From assembly GCA_964016885.1 (NCBI GenBank), contig OZ024740.1:199950001-200014000 (forward strand): 64,000 nucleotides of DNA, written 5' to 3'. How positions within the stretch are numbered: position 1 is the stretch's first letter; each line of letters begins with the position of its first letter. This DNA is from Eledone cirrhosa (lineage: Eukaryota). Below the pieces are notes generated by a model. It saw only the letters and a program-made list of their open reading frames with translations. It ran no database searches and was not told the origin of the DNA. Made by a program: the position numbers and the translations under genes. Below, piece after piece: positions 35,375-53,800 of this stretch.

Positions 35375-36668
35375 TTGATATATATATATATATATATATA
35401 TATAGGTATATATTCATATAGATAGATATATTCATATGTTTATATATAGTAATTATAAAATACGAATGCTAGATTTCCATAATTACTTTTATTGCGTAAT
35501 TAGCCCTAGTACGCATGTCTGTGTCGCCATAGCTCCGTAATGAAGCTATGAAGCAATTACTTACTCGACATTTTCAGACTTTATCAAGTAATATATTTAT
35601 TATGTAATCCTTTTTCTAAGGAGACAAACCGGGTCTCGACTCACACAGTATAGTGAAAAAATATATTAGTTTAACGCTTGAAATATTAGGAAACGAGTCT
35701 TAAGGGTTCCGGTCTCTAGCCAAGAATAAAAGGTGGAAAAGAAAGACAAAAAGTGAGAAGCGGACGAAACGGGAACAAAAATTGAAAAGAAATCTCCTGT
35801 CCGTATTCAGTCGGTCATTTTGGAGAGATGCCGGTCAGTCGGTATTTTAGGTATTAGAGACGTTTAAGAAGAATGGTAATACTTGTATATTAGGCATGGA
35901 CATGTGTGTCTGTGCGTGCGAGTGTATGCGTGCGTGTGTCTGTGCGGGTGTACGTGTGCGTACGTGTATCTGTGCCTGTGTTTGTGTATGTGCGAGTAGG
36001 TTTATTAGTTTATGCGTTGAAGCAATGTTCGTTGGACCATGACAGGCTGGCTGTTGTGAGTGTGTTGAGTAGAGTGATTTAGTGATTAAAAATGACGAGC
36101 GACATGGGTGTCTTTACTTAGTCGTATGTCCCTCTAAATTTAAATCCAAAGAGAAGAAACCAGAACGTTTTTCTCTAAGTCTTCCTTGTACTCTGAAGAA
36201 GGGAATTTTACGTCACAAAACTTTTGGACGAAAGAAACAATAGCAACAGAAATAAAAAGGAAAAACAATGATTATCAGGTAACTAAATTCTTCGTTAAGT
36301 TCATCTTTCCACATTATATATTATATACAATGGTTTTAGCAAACTATAACATTTTACACACACACACGCATATATATATATCTATATCTATATATATATC
36401 CAGTCGCCTGTTATTTTATAATATATACATACGGACAACTACCCCCCCAGAAACGATCGTAAAATAATGAGTGTTACTATGAATTACCCGTATTTTGTAT
36501 AATTTCATTGATTTCACTATTTGTATTATTCTGACTCTGCTTTCAATGAATTATATCGTTGAAATTTTTTATTTTATACTTTGCTTCACGACATCTTCTA
36601 CATACGGATTACATTGAGTTCTTCATACGGCTTGGATCATACAATTAATTGGGGGATTTATTTGTATG

Positions 36669-36727
<59 letters not shown>

Positions 36728-36729
<2 letters not shown>

Positions 36730-36990
36730 GTAATGCTGCGTTAGCTCTAAGGAAATTAAAGTTCCTGGCCATTTTGAAGAGCTCCTATTCAAATAGTTCA
36801 TGTAGGCTGTTGGTGGGATGTGCCTAGTTAGATTTGAGACCGAACTTCTCATCCTTGCTAGATATATTAGGGTGGTAGAAAAAGAAGAACGCTCTCCATC
36901 AAGCGTATTAGATGGAGCACCTTCACCTTTAACCAGCCTGATATACCATCTACCAACGATGAGAAGTGGGTTTTCAAAACTAATAGTGCT
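36728..36990 (-). pseudogene. PLE ORF N-terminal fragment
   Basis: Minus strand reads RL/WRAFFFF...KDEKFGLKSN...LHELFE*ELFKMARNFNF, resembling the PLE RMRWKAFFF...FGFKS...FE.DL region. Lies between (TA)n runs. Confidence 0.5.
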
Positions 36991-37047
36991 AACTGGAAAC
37001 ATTTGAGAAGGAATTCTTCAAAATGATCAGAAATCTATATATATGTA

Positions 37048-37126
<79 letters not shown>

Positions 37127-37133
<7 letters not shown>

Positions 37134-39587
37134 GCAGATTAAAGTTTAAACAAAGAATCGCTGCTTTCACCCTTAACGGGATCTTCTGAAACTAAAAAAA
37201 TAAATCTGTGAACCCAGAATTAAATATTTCAAAAAATGTTGCAACCGAAGTAAGACGGGAAGACGATACTTTGGTTCGTAAAAACGTTCCCTGGCAAGGA
37301 ACGAAAAAAAACGAAAATAATACGTCACTATTGGGAGCGGTGAAACAATTACACGCAAAGACAAAACCACGTTTATGGTATAAATGAAGTCGTAGACTAA
37401 TATTCCATTAGGTGGGTCGTGGAGACGTTCTCAAGCAATGAACGGAAAAAACGAAGATAATACGTTATTACGTGCAGCGTGGAGAACAATTAAACGCAAA
37501 GATAAAACCACCTAAACGGTATAACTAAAGTCGTAGACTAAAATTCTATTTAGGAAACCGAATGATTCTCGGCTTATTAATTACGAAGGTAATTGAAATT
37601 AAATATATACATGCACGCATCCATATACGTACATACACGAGCATACGCGAAGACACTCGCCATGGGTATGCAAATACAAGCACGTACACGAAAAAACACG
37701 CACGCACATACAGAACCCACGCAACGCATGTACCCGCACACATAAAAATATATATAAAAAGAATATATATATAAAGTATATATATGTGTGTTTGTGTGCA
37801 TGTATACATATAATTATATAAACGTATATAAATATACACACATAAATACGTATATAACGCGCGCACACACATACCTACATGTAAATATACATATGTTCGC
37901 AGACACGCGTCAACCAAAACATGAAGTACACATATACACACCCCCTACTTACGTACGAACCCGCATACTCACGCAGACGCAAAACTCACGTATACACATA
38001 ACCATATGCACATGTACCAGTATATATAATATATACGCCATAACATATACAAGCAAATATACGTACAAGAGAAAGTATACGTATCTTCACAAAACATACA
38101 GCCGTATGAACACGTGCAACCGTGTAGCTAGTACTAACTGTAATTGTCAGAAGCGGGTTGACTGCCCCTATCCGGGAAATGCCTCTCTAGTAACATTGTC
38201 TACAAATATAAAGTTGAAACACCCACGTCCCGTAGGGCCTACATAGGGTTAACCGCCAATAGATTCAAGCAGCGTCTTTACATGCATACCCATTCTTTTC
38301 TTAACCCTTTAAGAAAGAATATGACGTCACTTTCAGCTTATATCTGGAGTCTAAAGGACAACCACGCCCAATATAAGTTACACTGGGAGATCCTAACTAT
38401 GGCTAGATCGTATAACGGAAATAAAAGACCATGTGACTTCTATGCCGCTGGGACCCTGGAAATACTCGACGCCAAAGACCACATCTTAAACAAAAAATCT
38501 GAGTCAATTTGTGGCTTGTAAACATAAATTGCACAAAACTTTCCTGTATTACAGCTCCACATTATACCCTAACGGATAGTACGAACTATACGCGGATATT
38601 TTACGCCTTGATGTGGTAGCTAAGTATATGTAATGTTTATACCATTACTTATTTGTATAGGTAAGTATATATTACCTGTATGTTTTGTGAAGGTACGTAT
38701 ACTTTCTCGTACGTATATTTGATTGTATATGTTATGGCGTATATATTATATATACTGCTCCATGTGCATATGATTATGTGTATACATTTTGCATCTGTGT
38801 GAGTATGCGTGTTCGTACGTATGTAGGGTGTGTGTATATGTGTACTCTGTGTTTTGGTTGACGTAGTCTGCATTATATACGTATTTACACACACATATAT
38901 ATATATTTTTTTTAATATATATTTTTATGTGTATTTTATGTATACGTTCGTATGTGTGCGGGTACAGGCGTTGCGTGGGTTCTGTATGTGCGTGCGTGTT
39001 TTTTCTTGTACGTGCTTGTATTTGCATACCCATGGCGAATGTCTTTGCGTATGCTTGTGTATGTACGTATATGGATACGTGCATGTATATATTTAATTTC
39101 AATTACCTCTGTAATTTATTTACTTTATTCTTAACTCTGAGGCCGAGATTCATTCGGTTTCCTAAATAGAATTTTAGTCTACGACTTCAGTTATACTGTT
39201 TACGGAGTTTTGTCTTTGCATGTAATTGTTCTCAACGGTCCACATAATGACGTATTATCTTCGTTGTTTCCGTTTATTGCTTGAGAACTTTTCCACGAAC
39301 CACCTAATGGAATATTAGTCTACGAGTTCATTTATACCATAAACGTAGTTTTGTCTTTGCGTGTAATTGTTTTCTCCGCTCCAAATAATGACGTATTATA
39401 TTCGTTTTTTCCGTTCTTTGCCAGGGAACGTTTCTACGAATCAAAGTATCGTTTTCCTGTCTTCCTTCGGTTGCAACGTTTTTTGAAATATTTAATTCTG
39501 CGTTGACACATTTATTTTTTTAGTTTCAGAAGATCCGTTAAGGGTGAAACAGCGATTCTTTGCTTTAAACTTTAATCTGTTATTTTA
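37127..39587 (+). mobile_element. 5'-truncated PLE with ~0.95 kb inverted arms flanking a GIY-YIG fragment
   Basis: 37127-38101 is the diverged reverse complement of 38676-39587; the centre encodes a GIY-YIG domain. Confidence 0.8.
38130..38530 (+). pseudogene. PLE GIY-YIG endonuclease domain
   Basis: CNCQ...CP..G, NIVYK...AYIGLTANRFKQR..H..SF...TSLSAYIWSLKD...LHWEIL...C...LNKKSE. Confidence 0.8.
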
Positions 39588-40266
39588 GTAAATATTTGCT
39601 CTACGGTTCTTATATATTTGATATATATTTATCCTTATCGAGCATTCTTTTGATTTTAGTCTTCATATTCATTATTACTATATATGTATATATATATATA
39701 TACGTGTATGTATGTATGTGTGTGTGCGTATATGGGTGCGTGTATGTGTGTGTTCGTCTCTGTGTGTGTGACTGTGTGTATTTATATATATATATATATA
39801 GGCAAGTCGTCTCCTGGATAGGGCGTGGAATGTACGATTTTATTACCATAGGCGCGATTTTGAACGCAATATATTATATCACGCTGCCCTTTCTCCCATT
39901 AAGTTATTCTTTTTTATCTGTATTATTGTTTTAGGGTAACCGCTTTCCCAGGATTGCTTCTCTATCTATCTCTTGTTTCCTCCACCTACATTATATTTAA
40001 GATTTGTATGCATATAAATTATGTATTTAAACATAAATGCAAATAGCTACGGGCAATTTATTTATACACATAGGTACAAGCATATATAAAATTTATGTAC
40101 GTACCTATATATTTATATATGCATGTACATATTTGTGTAAATGCATATATACACGTGCGCATATGTATGTAAGTGCGCATACACCTGCATAAAGCCATCT
40201 AGGCGAATAGTTACATATACATGCGGAAATGAATGTATCTAAATGCATGCATGTATATTGCATGTA

Positions 40267-40300
<34 letters not shown>

Positions 40301-40739
40301 TACATGCAATAAACATGCATGCATTTAGATATATATATATAAAAACACATATATAAATATATATATATGCTTGCACACGCATACAGACACATATATATGT
40401 GCGTGTGTGTATATATATGTGCGTGTGCGTATGGGTGTATACATGTATATGTTGGTATATGTGTGATTGTGTGTAAGCATCCAGTCTTAAGTGGAACAAT
40501 TTTCCACTCAATGCCTTTCGGTAAACAAGATGAATTTATCAATTTAATAACATTGAAATTGATTGACTGCTAGGTTTCATTTTATAAGACACCCAGAAAA
40601 AAAGAACATTAAAAAACCAATCGTTAAATACGGCTAACATACAATGAAAATAACTACATTTAGCAAACTATAGATCTAGGGTCATGAGTTCTAAGTAGGC
40701 TTTTGTTACCATTTTCATAAAATATCAATGCATTGATAT

Positions 40740-40799
40740 ATATCTGTGTATATTTATGTATGTATGTACGTATGTATATTTACACGCACACACACACAC

Positions 40800-40871
<72 letters not shown>

Positions 40872-40962
40872 TATGTATATATATATATATAAATATATAT
40901 ATATACATATGTATATATATATATATGTGTAATATATATATATATATCTACATATATATATG

Positions 40963-41011
<49 letters not shown>

Positions 41012-41036
41012 GTATATATATATATATCTACATTTA

Positions 41037-41085
<49 letters not shown>

Positions 41086-41120
41086 GTATATATATATATA
41101 TCTACATTTATATATGTATA

Positions 41121-41219
<99 letters not shown>

Positions 41220-41222
41220 ATA

Positions 41223-41262
<40 letters not shown>

Positions 41263-41263
41263 C

Positions 41264-41305
<42 letters not shown>
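40740..41305. repeat. (TA)n-derived microsatellite
   Basis: Direct inspection. Confidence 0.95.
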
Positions 41306-41307
<2 letters not shown>

Positions 41308-41585
41308 ATTAGTCTACGATCTCTATTATACCATAAACGTGGTTCTGTCTTTGCGCGTAATTGTTTTTCACCGCTCCTATTAATGACGTATTATATTCGT
41401 TTTTTCACGTTCTTAGCCAGCGAACGTTTCCACGAACCAAATTATCGTCTTCCTGTCTTCCTCGGTTGCAAGGTTTTTTGAAATATCCAGTTCTGCGTTT
41501 ACAGATTGACTTTGTTAGTTTCAGAAGATCCCGTTAAGGGTGAAAGCAGCGATTCTTTGCTTAAACTTTAATCTGTTATTTTAAT
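41308..41585 (+). mobile_element. Third copy of the terminal ~275 bp of the 37-39.6 kb PLE arm
   Basis: Aligns with 39315-39587 (ttagtctacga...tttaatctgttatttt). Confidence 0.8.
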
Positions 41586-41594
41586 AAAAATATA

Positions 41595-41959
41595 TTTATA
41601 TATATATATATCTACATCTACATATATATATGTGTATATATATATTCATATATTATATATATATCTACATCTACATATATATATGTGTGTATATATATTT
41701 ATATATATATATATATATATCTACATATATATATGTGTGTATATATATTTATATATATATATATATCTACATATATATATGTGTGTATATATATTTATAA
41801 ATATATATATCTACATATATATATGTGTGTATATATATTTATATATATATATATATATATATACATATATATATGCGTGTATATATATTTATATATATAT
41901 ATATCTACATATATATACGTGTGTATATATATTTATATATATATATATATCTACATATA

Positions 41960-42037
<78 letters not shown>
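41595..42037. repeat. (TA)n-derived microsatellite with higher-order units
   Basis: Recurrent atctacatatatatatgtgtgtatatatattt units. Confidence 0.9.
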
Positions 42038-42041
<4 letters not shown>

Positions 42042-42645
42042 CAGGCACACATATATATGCACGTATCAGTTACCGAACATTTATTATAATGTTCGCTTTG
42101 TTCGTTTGTAAACAAACAAACAGTCTGATTTACGCCGTACAGTGTTCAGGCAACCACGTCACCTTTTTGTTTAACACTGACACTGGAACGATGTACTAGT
42201 TTCAAGCTTGTTAGCTATCGTCAGCACCGTATACCTTTCTGCCAGATGGTTGAACGTTCGAAAGTATATACTTTCCTCATGAAAATTAACTGCTGAGCAG
42301 CCTAATTAGCATATCGAGAGAGTTCAGTCGGCCAGGCGCACCGAAAACTATAAATGGCCTAGAATGAAACGAAATCTCATTTCTCGCTCAGCCGTTAATT
42401 TTCATAAGGAAAGTATATACTTTCGGACGTTCAACCATCTGGCAGAAAGTTATACGATGCTGACCATAGCTAACAAGCTTGAAACTAGTACATCGTCCCT
42501 GTGTCAGTGTTGAACAAAAAGGTGACGTGTTTACCTGAACACTGTACGGCATAAATCAGGCTGTCCGTTTGTTTACAAATGAACAAAGCGAACATTATAA
42601 TAAATGTTCGGTAAACTGATACGTGCATATATATATGTGTGCCTG

Positions 42646-42650
<5 letters not shown>
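42038..42650. mobile_element. Fold-back/MITE-like element with ~260-bp inverted repeats, in (TA)n
   Basis: 42038-42298 pairs with 42386-42650; ~88-bp spacer; no coding signal. Confidence 0.75.
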
Positions 42651-42691
<41 letters not shown>

Positions 42692-42829
42692 TGTTAATGT
42701 ACGTCTGTATACATATATGTATGTACGTATACATACATACTTACATTTAAGTAAGTGCCGTACTAAGAGTGAGAAATGAAATTTTATTTCATTCTATTCC
42801 ATTTATATATATATACACACACACACACA

Positions 42830-42879
<50 letters not shown>

Positions 42880-43337
42880 CACGCCCAACAACGCACACAC
42901 ATTATTGACTAGGGTAGATATAGACCTTGTTATTTTTTCTGTTGTTTTTTTTTATCATACGAGACAATGATTGGTAGATGTTGACATTCACTACCGTTTC
43001 TAAAGCATTTATTTCACATCTAGTATCAATGATAGTATTCACATTGCACCAAATATTTTGTCAGAGATTGATGGGGTTATAGGGGTAAATAATGTTTCAC
43101 ACCTATTTTCATTTTTAACATCTCTCACACCATCTTCTTCTTTTCTCTATTTAGCAATCTCTCAATTTTTGTGTTTGAAAACTGTGTTTTTATAGGGTCA
43201 AATAAAGTTCCAGTGTCCCTTTCATACCCTTCCCCTCTCTCCTTCTCTCTCTCTCTCTCAAAACCATCAATAGATGCTCGGTTCAAATTCTCTCCTAGTT
43301 ATCCTCTCTTTCCGTCACACTTTCCTTACTCTCTCTA

Positions 43338-43338
43338 G

Positions 43339-43404
<66 letters not shown>
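43338..43404. repeat. (ATCT)n microsatellite, 5' flank of Tx1 copy 4
   Basis: Direct inspection. Confidence 0.95.
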
Positions 43405-46240
43405 AATTAGATTCTTAGTTAGAAGTAAGGATAGGGACATATTAAGCTGTCCAGAAATGCACACGGTTGGCTACACGGATCACAAATTAGTGACCTGCGT
43501 GGTCAATCTCGAGAAAACACATAGACAGGGTCCCGGTTACTGGAAACTTAATTTGTCTTTACCGGCAAAAGAGACTTACAGAAACCGGATTAGCAGATTA
43601 GTTAAGGAGAGGTTGACGGGTGCAATCGTCAACAACCGATGGTGGGCATCTCTCAAAAGATATATTAGAACAGAATCAATAAGTTATAGCAAGATGTTAG
43701 CTGCCGATAGGAATAGAAACGAGAAAGAATTAACAGGTAAATTAGAAGAGGCAATCAAGAGCGAAGATGTGGCCAGAGTGCTGGCATCGAGGACGGCCTT
43801 GAACCAGTTTTTCGATGCAAAGCACGAAGGCTGCGTCATTCGAAGTAAAATACGTGCTCTAGGTAATGAGGGGGCCAAAGCCGTTGGATGGGCCCGCGTG
43901 ACAGAAGCTAAGAGTGGAAATCGATCCACCATCCGGTCGTTGCAAGACGAAGATGGACGGGTGATCCGGGAGCCTAAGCAGATGTGCGAGGCCTTTCAAA
44001 GGCACTTTGCCCGATTGTTCGGGGGAGGCGAGGGTCCGGGCGGGGGCGTGGATTTCGGTCCATACCTCGACGGCCTTCCGCGTCTCTCGAACGAAGAGGC
44101 AGAGTCCTGCGAGGGACCAATCTCGGCTGATGAGATCGGAGATGCGCTGAGCCATTGCAGCAGACGCAAATCTCCAGGTCTCGATGGTATACCTTACGAA
44201 CTTTATTTAGCAATGCCGGTCTTCTTCTCCGAACTCCTCGAAGCGGTCTACTGCAATTGGCAGCAGAACGGGAGAATTCCTTGTTCTGTAGCCAAGGGCG
44301 TAGTCACGCTGGTGAGGAAGGACGAGCACAAGGGGGATAGTATAAATAATTTTCGGCCCATAACCCTGCTAAACACAGAGTTAAAGATTTTGGCCAAGGT
44401 GTTAGCAAAGAGGTTGGCGCTTGTCGTGGGTGGCCTGGTGGGAGATGCGCAGACATGTGCTATCCCATCCAGGTCCATTCACGATAACCTCCACCTCATG
44501 CGATACATCATAGAGAGGGTTGGCAACAAACCCGGCTTCGGTGGGGCCCTGATCAACTTGGATCAGTCTAAGGCCTTCGATAGGGTCGACCATGGTTACC
44601 TGGATGCGGTGCTAGCGGCGGCTGGGTTCGGTCCTGTTTTCAGAGGCTGGATCACTGCCCTACATAGCAACCAGATCTGTTCTAGGATCAAGGTGAACGG
44701 CTACCTTTCGAAGCCGTTCGAAATCACACGATCCATTCGACAGGGGTGCTCTCTCTCCTCCCTTCTGTACGTATTGACTCTCGAGCCTTTACTGAGGAAG
44801 TTGGAGTTGTTGCAGGGTATCCCCCTGGAACCAGGATTGAGCAAAGCGGTGTCGGCCTACGCCGATGACGTAACAGTAATGGTATCGACCGACTCGGAGA
44901 TCGAGGCGATCGGTACCTTACTGGAGGAGTACGAAAGGTTATCAGGAGCGAAACTGAACCGGGAAAAATCCATCGGGCTGCAACTCGGAACGTGGAGAGG
45001 CAGACCGATGCCTCCTGACGGTGTCGTCGGACACTGGACGGAGGGCCCGGTAAAGTTGCTTGGCGTCTGGTTTGGACCGGACCTCCAGGTGGAAAAGAAC
45101 TGGAACGAGGTTACGAACAAGGTGTTTGCACTAACCCAGAAATGAGCCAAGTGTAAGCTGTCCCTAAAAGGCCGGGCGGAGGTGGCGAACATTTACATAG
45201 CGTCCGTCACTTACTACCGCCTGACTGTCGTGCCTTGCCCTAAGGAAACACTCACCGCCATGGTACGCATGCCCTTCCAATTTCTTTGGAAGAAGCGCCC
45301 TCCTATGGTTAGAAGATCCATCTGCTGCCAACAACCTTCGAAAGGAGGGCTGGGGATGCCGTGGTTGATGATGCGTAGGCACGCATTAAGGCTACGGCAC
45401 CTACAGGTATTCCTCATTGGTCAACCGGTGTGGGCTCCGTTCGTGAAACGAGCCTTTCCGAGACTCGTCTCGCTCACCGAGCTACAGTCCTGGGTCAAGC
45501 AAAGATCCGGAAAACTGGGAGACTGGCACACTGAGTGTGCTCAGGCGCTCAGGGCTCTCTGGCAAGCGGGCCAGGCCATCGGTGGAGAATCCACCTCATC
45601 ATTCTATAGAGGGCTGGTGGCTAGCAGGGACGATGACACCCTTGGAGAGTCGCTGGACATGGAAGAAGACGAACTGGCCAGCCTGTTCGGTAGGACTTTC
45701 GGCCCAGGACCAATGGACAACTTCCAGAAGTCACTGGCCTGGCAGTGCTATCGGGGGGCTCTACCCGTTCGAGAGAGGCTCTACAGACACGGGCGCCCGG
45801 GCAGGGATCCCTCAAAAAAGATTTGCCCTAGATGCGTGCGTCACGAAGAAACCGTTGCGCACTCATTGGTGCAATGTCCGGGCGTGGCCGATCTGTGGGG
45901 CTACGCCGAACGACTGCTGTCGCGGGTGGCGCCGATTAAATTGACCGCTGAGTCCGTGATGACAATGAAACCGCCTCCCCTCTTCACAAAGGAAGCAAAG
46001 GCGGTTTTTCTGTGCGTAATAGCCATGTTGAAAGAGGTTGTTTGGTGGACACGATTGAAAGGTCTGAGGTCAGGCAACTTCCTCTCTGGCCATAGTCTGG
46101 TCTACTTCTTCCGATATCACTTCGGAAGAAGGATAAGAATGGAGAGAGAGGTGCTTGGCCACAGGCAGTTTTATGAAAGGTGGGTGATAGTGGCGAGAAT
46201 GGCTCGTGTAAATGGGCCTTCTCTGTATACCATCCTGTAG
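43405..46240 (+). pseudogene. Tx1 ORF2, partial, one in-frame TGA at 45143-45145
   Basis: ORFs 43274-45145 and 45182-46240 share a frame; the stop replaces W of QKW seen in other copies. Confidence 0.9.
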
Positions 46241-46458
46241 GTAGAGAAGTAAAGGAGAGGGGAGCACCTTCTCCATGTGCTCCCCGGGCAAAGGATTGCA
46301 CACTTTTTCGGGGGTGTGTGCAACCCCCATCACGTCTCCTCCCTTTTGAGGTTATTTTCGATTATTTTCATGTTACACCCTTTTTACTCGATTATATGTA
46401 AACTCCCCCTTTGTATTTGTCCCTTCTTTTTATGCCTTTATGGTAAATAAAGAAAAGC
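43405..46458 (+). mobile_element. 5'-truncated Tx1-clade LINE, copy 4, inserted in (ATCT)n; best-preserved copy
   Basis: End of APE (TDHK), RT (KSPGLDG, NFRPITLLN, LDQSKAFD, RQGC, AYADD) and CPRC domain. AATAAA at 46446; (ATCT)n on both sides. Confidence 0.93.
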
Positions 46459-46459
46459 A

Positions 46460-46506
<47 letters not shown>

Positions 46507-46522
46507 GATCGATCTATCTATC
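46460..46522. repeat. (ATCT)n microsatellite, 3' flank of Tx1 copy 4
   Basis: Direct inspection. Confidence 0.95.
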
Positions 46523-46659
46523 TTTGTTTAGTAAATGGGGATCTAGATATCTTTTACTTTCCATCTTTTTTTATGTCTGTATATCAGGGAATAAAATAAA
46601 GCTTAGCTACAGAATGCAAAATAAATCGATAAATCGATGTATATGTATCTGTATATATG

Positions 46660-50890
<4,231 letters not shown>

Positions 50891-53800
50891 ACACAGAAAT
50901 ATCTTGCTATTTTAGATATTTCTCATTGTCATTAAAGAGAATATTGATTTGAATTACTTCTTAATGAAGTGCTGTCACATTAACAATCAGGACTCTAACC
51001 AATCTATGAAACTGTTTCCTATTAGTAATCACGAAAATATCCAATCAAACATTTTGCTGATATGCATTTTTAGGTGATAATGATTTTTATACAAATGCAT
51101 AGTTAACTGCAATATACTTTCTTACATAATAATGCACGTTATATTGCGGTTAGTAGGCCTTTTATAGCGCCTAGAAACGTTAGATTCATTGATAAACCCC
51201 TGGGCAATTGCATAAAGGTGACACATGCGGATTTGTGATGATGATATATGAAGATGCATTTTGTGAGATATTGGGTTAGATTAATGGAGTATTGTACTGA
51301 ACGAATTAAAGTCAACTGTTGGTGTTTATGTATCTCATATTATTATTATTTGTTCTGTGTGGATCTCAAGTCAGCTGTGATAATGCAGCTTATAATCAAA
51401 TATTATACAACGCTAACAAATTCATAATTGTAGCTTTCGAACTATACTCTCTTCAGTTGATTTAAGAAGTTATATAGTGAGTTATAGAAAGTCTGGTTGC
51501 TATTTCTAGCTGGTAAAATAGCCGATGAAATGTTCAACCCAGTAAAATCTTATATTTGAACAGAAAATAAAAGATATTACTTTTATGTTATATTCTTTGA
51601 ATGATTGGTATATTTTATTTTAAATGTTTCACAATCATTTGCGTTCTTATCTTGCTTACACAGATTCCTACGTTTATGTTCATTCTAATCATTTAAAATA
51701 CAGAAAAATGTTATCTTCACTTGAAAATAGCATTTACATTTTAGCGTGAAAATCCTTTCGTTTTAGAATGTTTAATGGGACTTTCGGCGCTACAATTGCT
51801 ATTCAAATAATTGCATATCATTAAATTATTTCAAATGGGGATATTTCTCTCATTAGTAGAAAATATAATTAAAATATATATCGCTGATTTGAATCCCTTT
51901 GTTACCAGCCGGCTCTACACCTTAAATATGTCCTTCGCATTAGACAAGGCCAGTAGTTAAAAGTGTATCTCTCCATATTTATTTTCACTCGGTATATATG
52001 GATTAAGCGGCAATGCCTCCTTGCTACCACAGACCCTCCGTGACCGGCGTGGTTGATGATATGTTTCTGTTTAAATTGTTTTAGTTTCACCACTCTACTT
52101 AATACATGAGTAGTGGCGTAATTCCAGCTGTTCTGACTCCCCAGAACAAGGCAACTTCCGAAACATTTCTGGGATTTACACCAATCCATCTAAATATTAT
52201 TTGTTTGCAATACTGGCAGTAACAAGTGATGGTTCGTCATATAAAGTGTTCAGTAATTAATATTTCGTATTAGAAATTAGTAGATCAACAAGTCATGACA
52301 TACAGACATAAAACATTTCAGCTTCATTAATTTATTGTTAATGTCGTCTAACAAAAGATATTACCAAAATACCTAAAGTCTTAATTCTATTTATCTTTTC
52401 TGATTATGTTTTCTTTTGCCATACGTTTAATATTTTGAACCAGTATGTATTTTCAAGAGAGGACTATTGTCATCATTCTTCAGTCTTCTACCAGACAAAG
52501 TTCTCTCTAACTCTGTACAATTGTCTTTATCCTGTCTCGATAGATCTCATCCTCCCATTGCATCCTCTCTTCTCTTTCACTACGCAAACATATCTGCTAT
52601 TACGCACCCTTTTCTACATACGTTTGACTATATTTTCGTTGTATTTCGTGCCCTGATGTAATATGATAATTGTGATTAATTATACATCAGGTCATTTCAA
52701 AGCTAAGTGCAGATACCATATCAGATATCTGGTGAAATTAGTATCAGTTCCATATCAATTACTGGTGATTAGCTTTAAGAAACCTCAACATCTGGCAGAT
52801 GTATTTTGTAATGAAAGTTCAACATTCTATAGTTAAGTACATCCCATTACATAGACACACAGAAATAATTTATGTATGATATTTTGCATTGCCAAGTTCA
52901 AGTCAGATTGTGCAGAGGTCAGCGAGAACTCTACAGGTATATCTGTCAAAATATTATGAAAGAAAAGTTGATGGTCCCGTTCTTACATTCATTAATTATT
53001 TAGAAGGGTAGAGATTATATCTATGACTTCGAGTTTTGTCGACCCCTTATTAATTCATTTATTAGAGGAGTAGAACATGTTCCCATTGTAGGCCCTGTCA
53101 AACTAGTGGCATTTATACGCGTCATGTATAACTTTAGCCGCATCAGGTTGATCGTTGTAGAAATATCTGAGGGGGAAAGATGTCATTGGTAACACTTTGA
53201 CCTGAGATCAGGCTTAATTTTGCAGACCTGTGAACCGACAGACGTCACAGACAGGAGTAAATATTTTAAACTCATATATAAATAGAACTACATTATTTCT
53301 GATTTATTTATTTTCTTCTGGTCGATATGGGCATTTGGGTGCTAATTCAACATGTTTGTGAAACAGTATAAACGCCCCTGAATTGATTCATTGCTAGGCT
53401 ATCTCTCTAAAGGATTCCAGCACTGGACATGACAGAAATGGACAACATATTTAGTACGGGATCTGAATGGCGAAACATGTACTGATAAATGTCCAAAACA
53501 ATGAATTTGAAAAATGGATGGATTCATATGTAACTAGCTAATTAAACCTAACATAAGCTATTGCAGGAGCAATAAAAGAAGCTAACAGAGACAGTATATG
53601 TAATGGGTAGTAGTCGAACCATTGCGAATCAGCCGACTGATGTCCTTTGAATCTACTCTACAATGTGATTACATGCATACCAGCAATACTGTTCCTGTTA
53701 TGTTAAAAATATTCTATGGTTTACTCGCGCTGAATTGGCAGCACTTAATGTAGGTTGAATCATATTCACAGTTGCAATTCTTTATTTTTTTTGTTTTTTT

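Noticed and set aside
36188-36250. CTGAAGA...GACGAAAGAAAC possible hammerhead; similar CTGAAGATGGC at 56876
   Set aside because: Stems and cleavage triplet are not supported; at most decayed remnants.
36728-37034. AG/GT-bounded island as a minus-strand host exon
   Set aside because: All three frames have stops across the interval and the sequence resembles a PLE N-terminal region.
39520-39565. Hammerhead-like CAGAAGA-TCC..GGGT-GAAAC in the PLE arm (also 41520-41555)
   Set aside because: U4 is missing in all copies and I could not build stem I, stem III or an NUH site.
43274-43404. N-terminus of the 623-aa ORF (SIYL repeats)
   Set aside because: Chance read-through of flanking DNA and (ATCT)n into a 5'-truncated ORF2.
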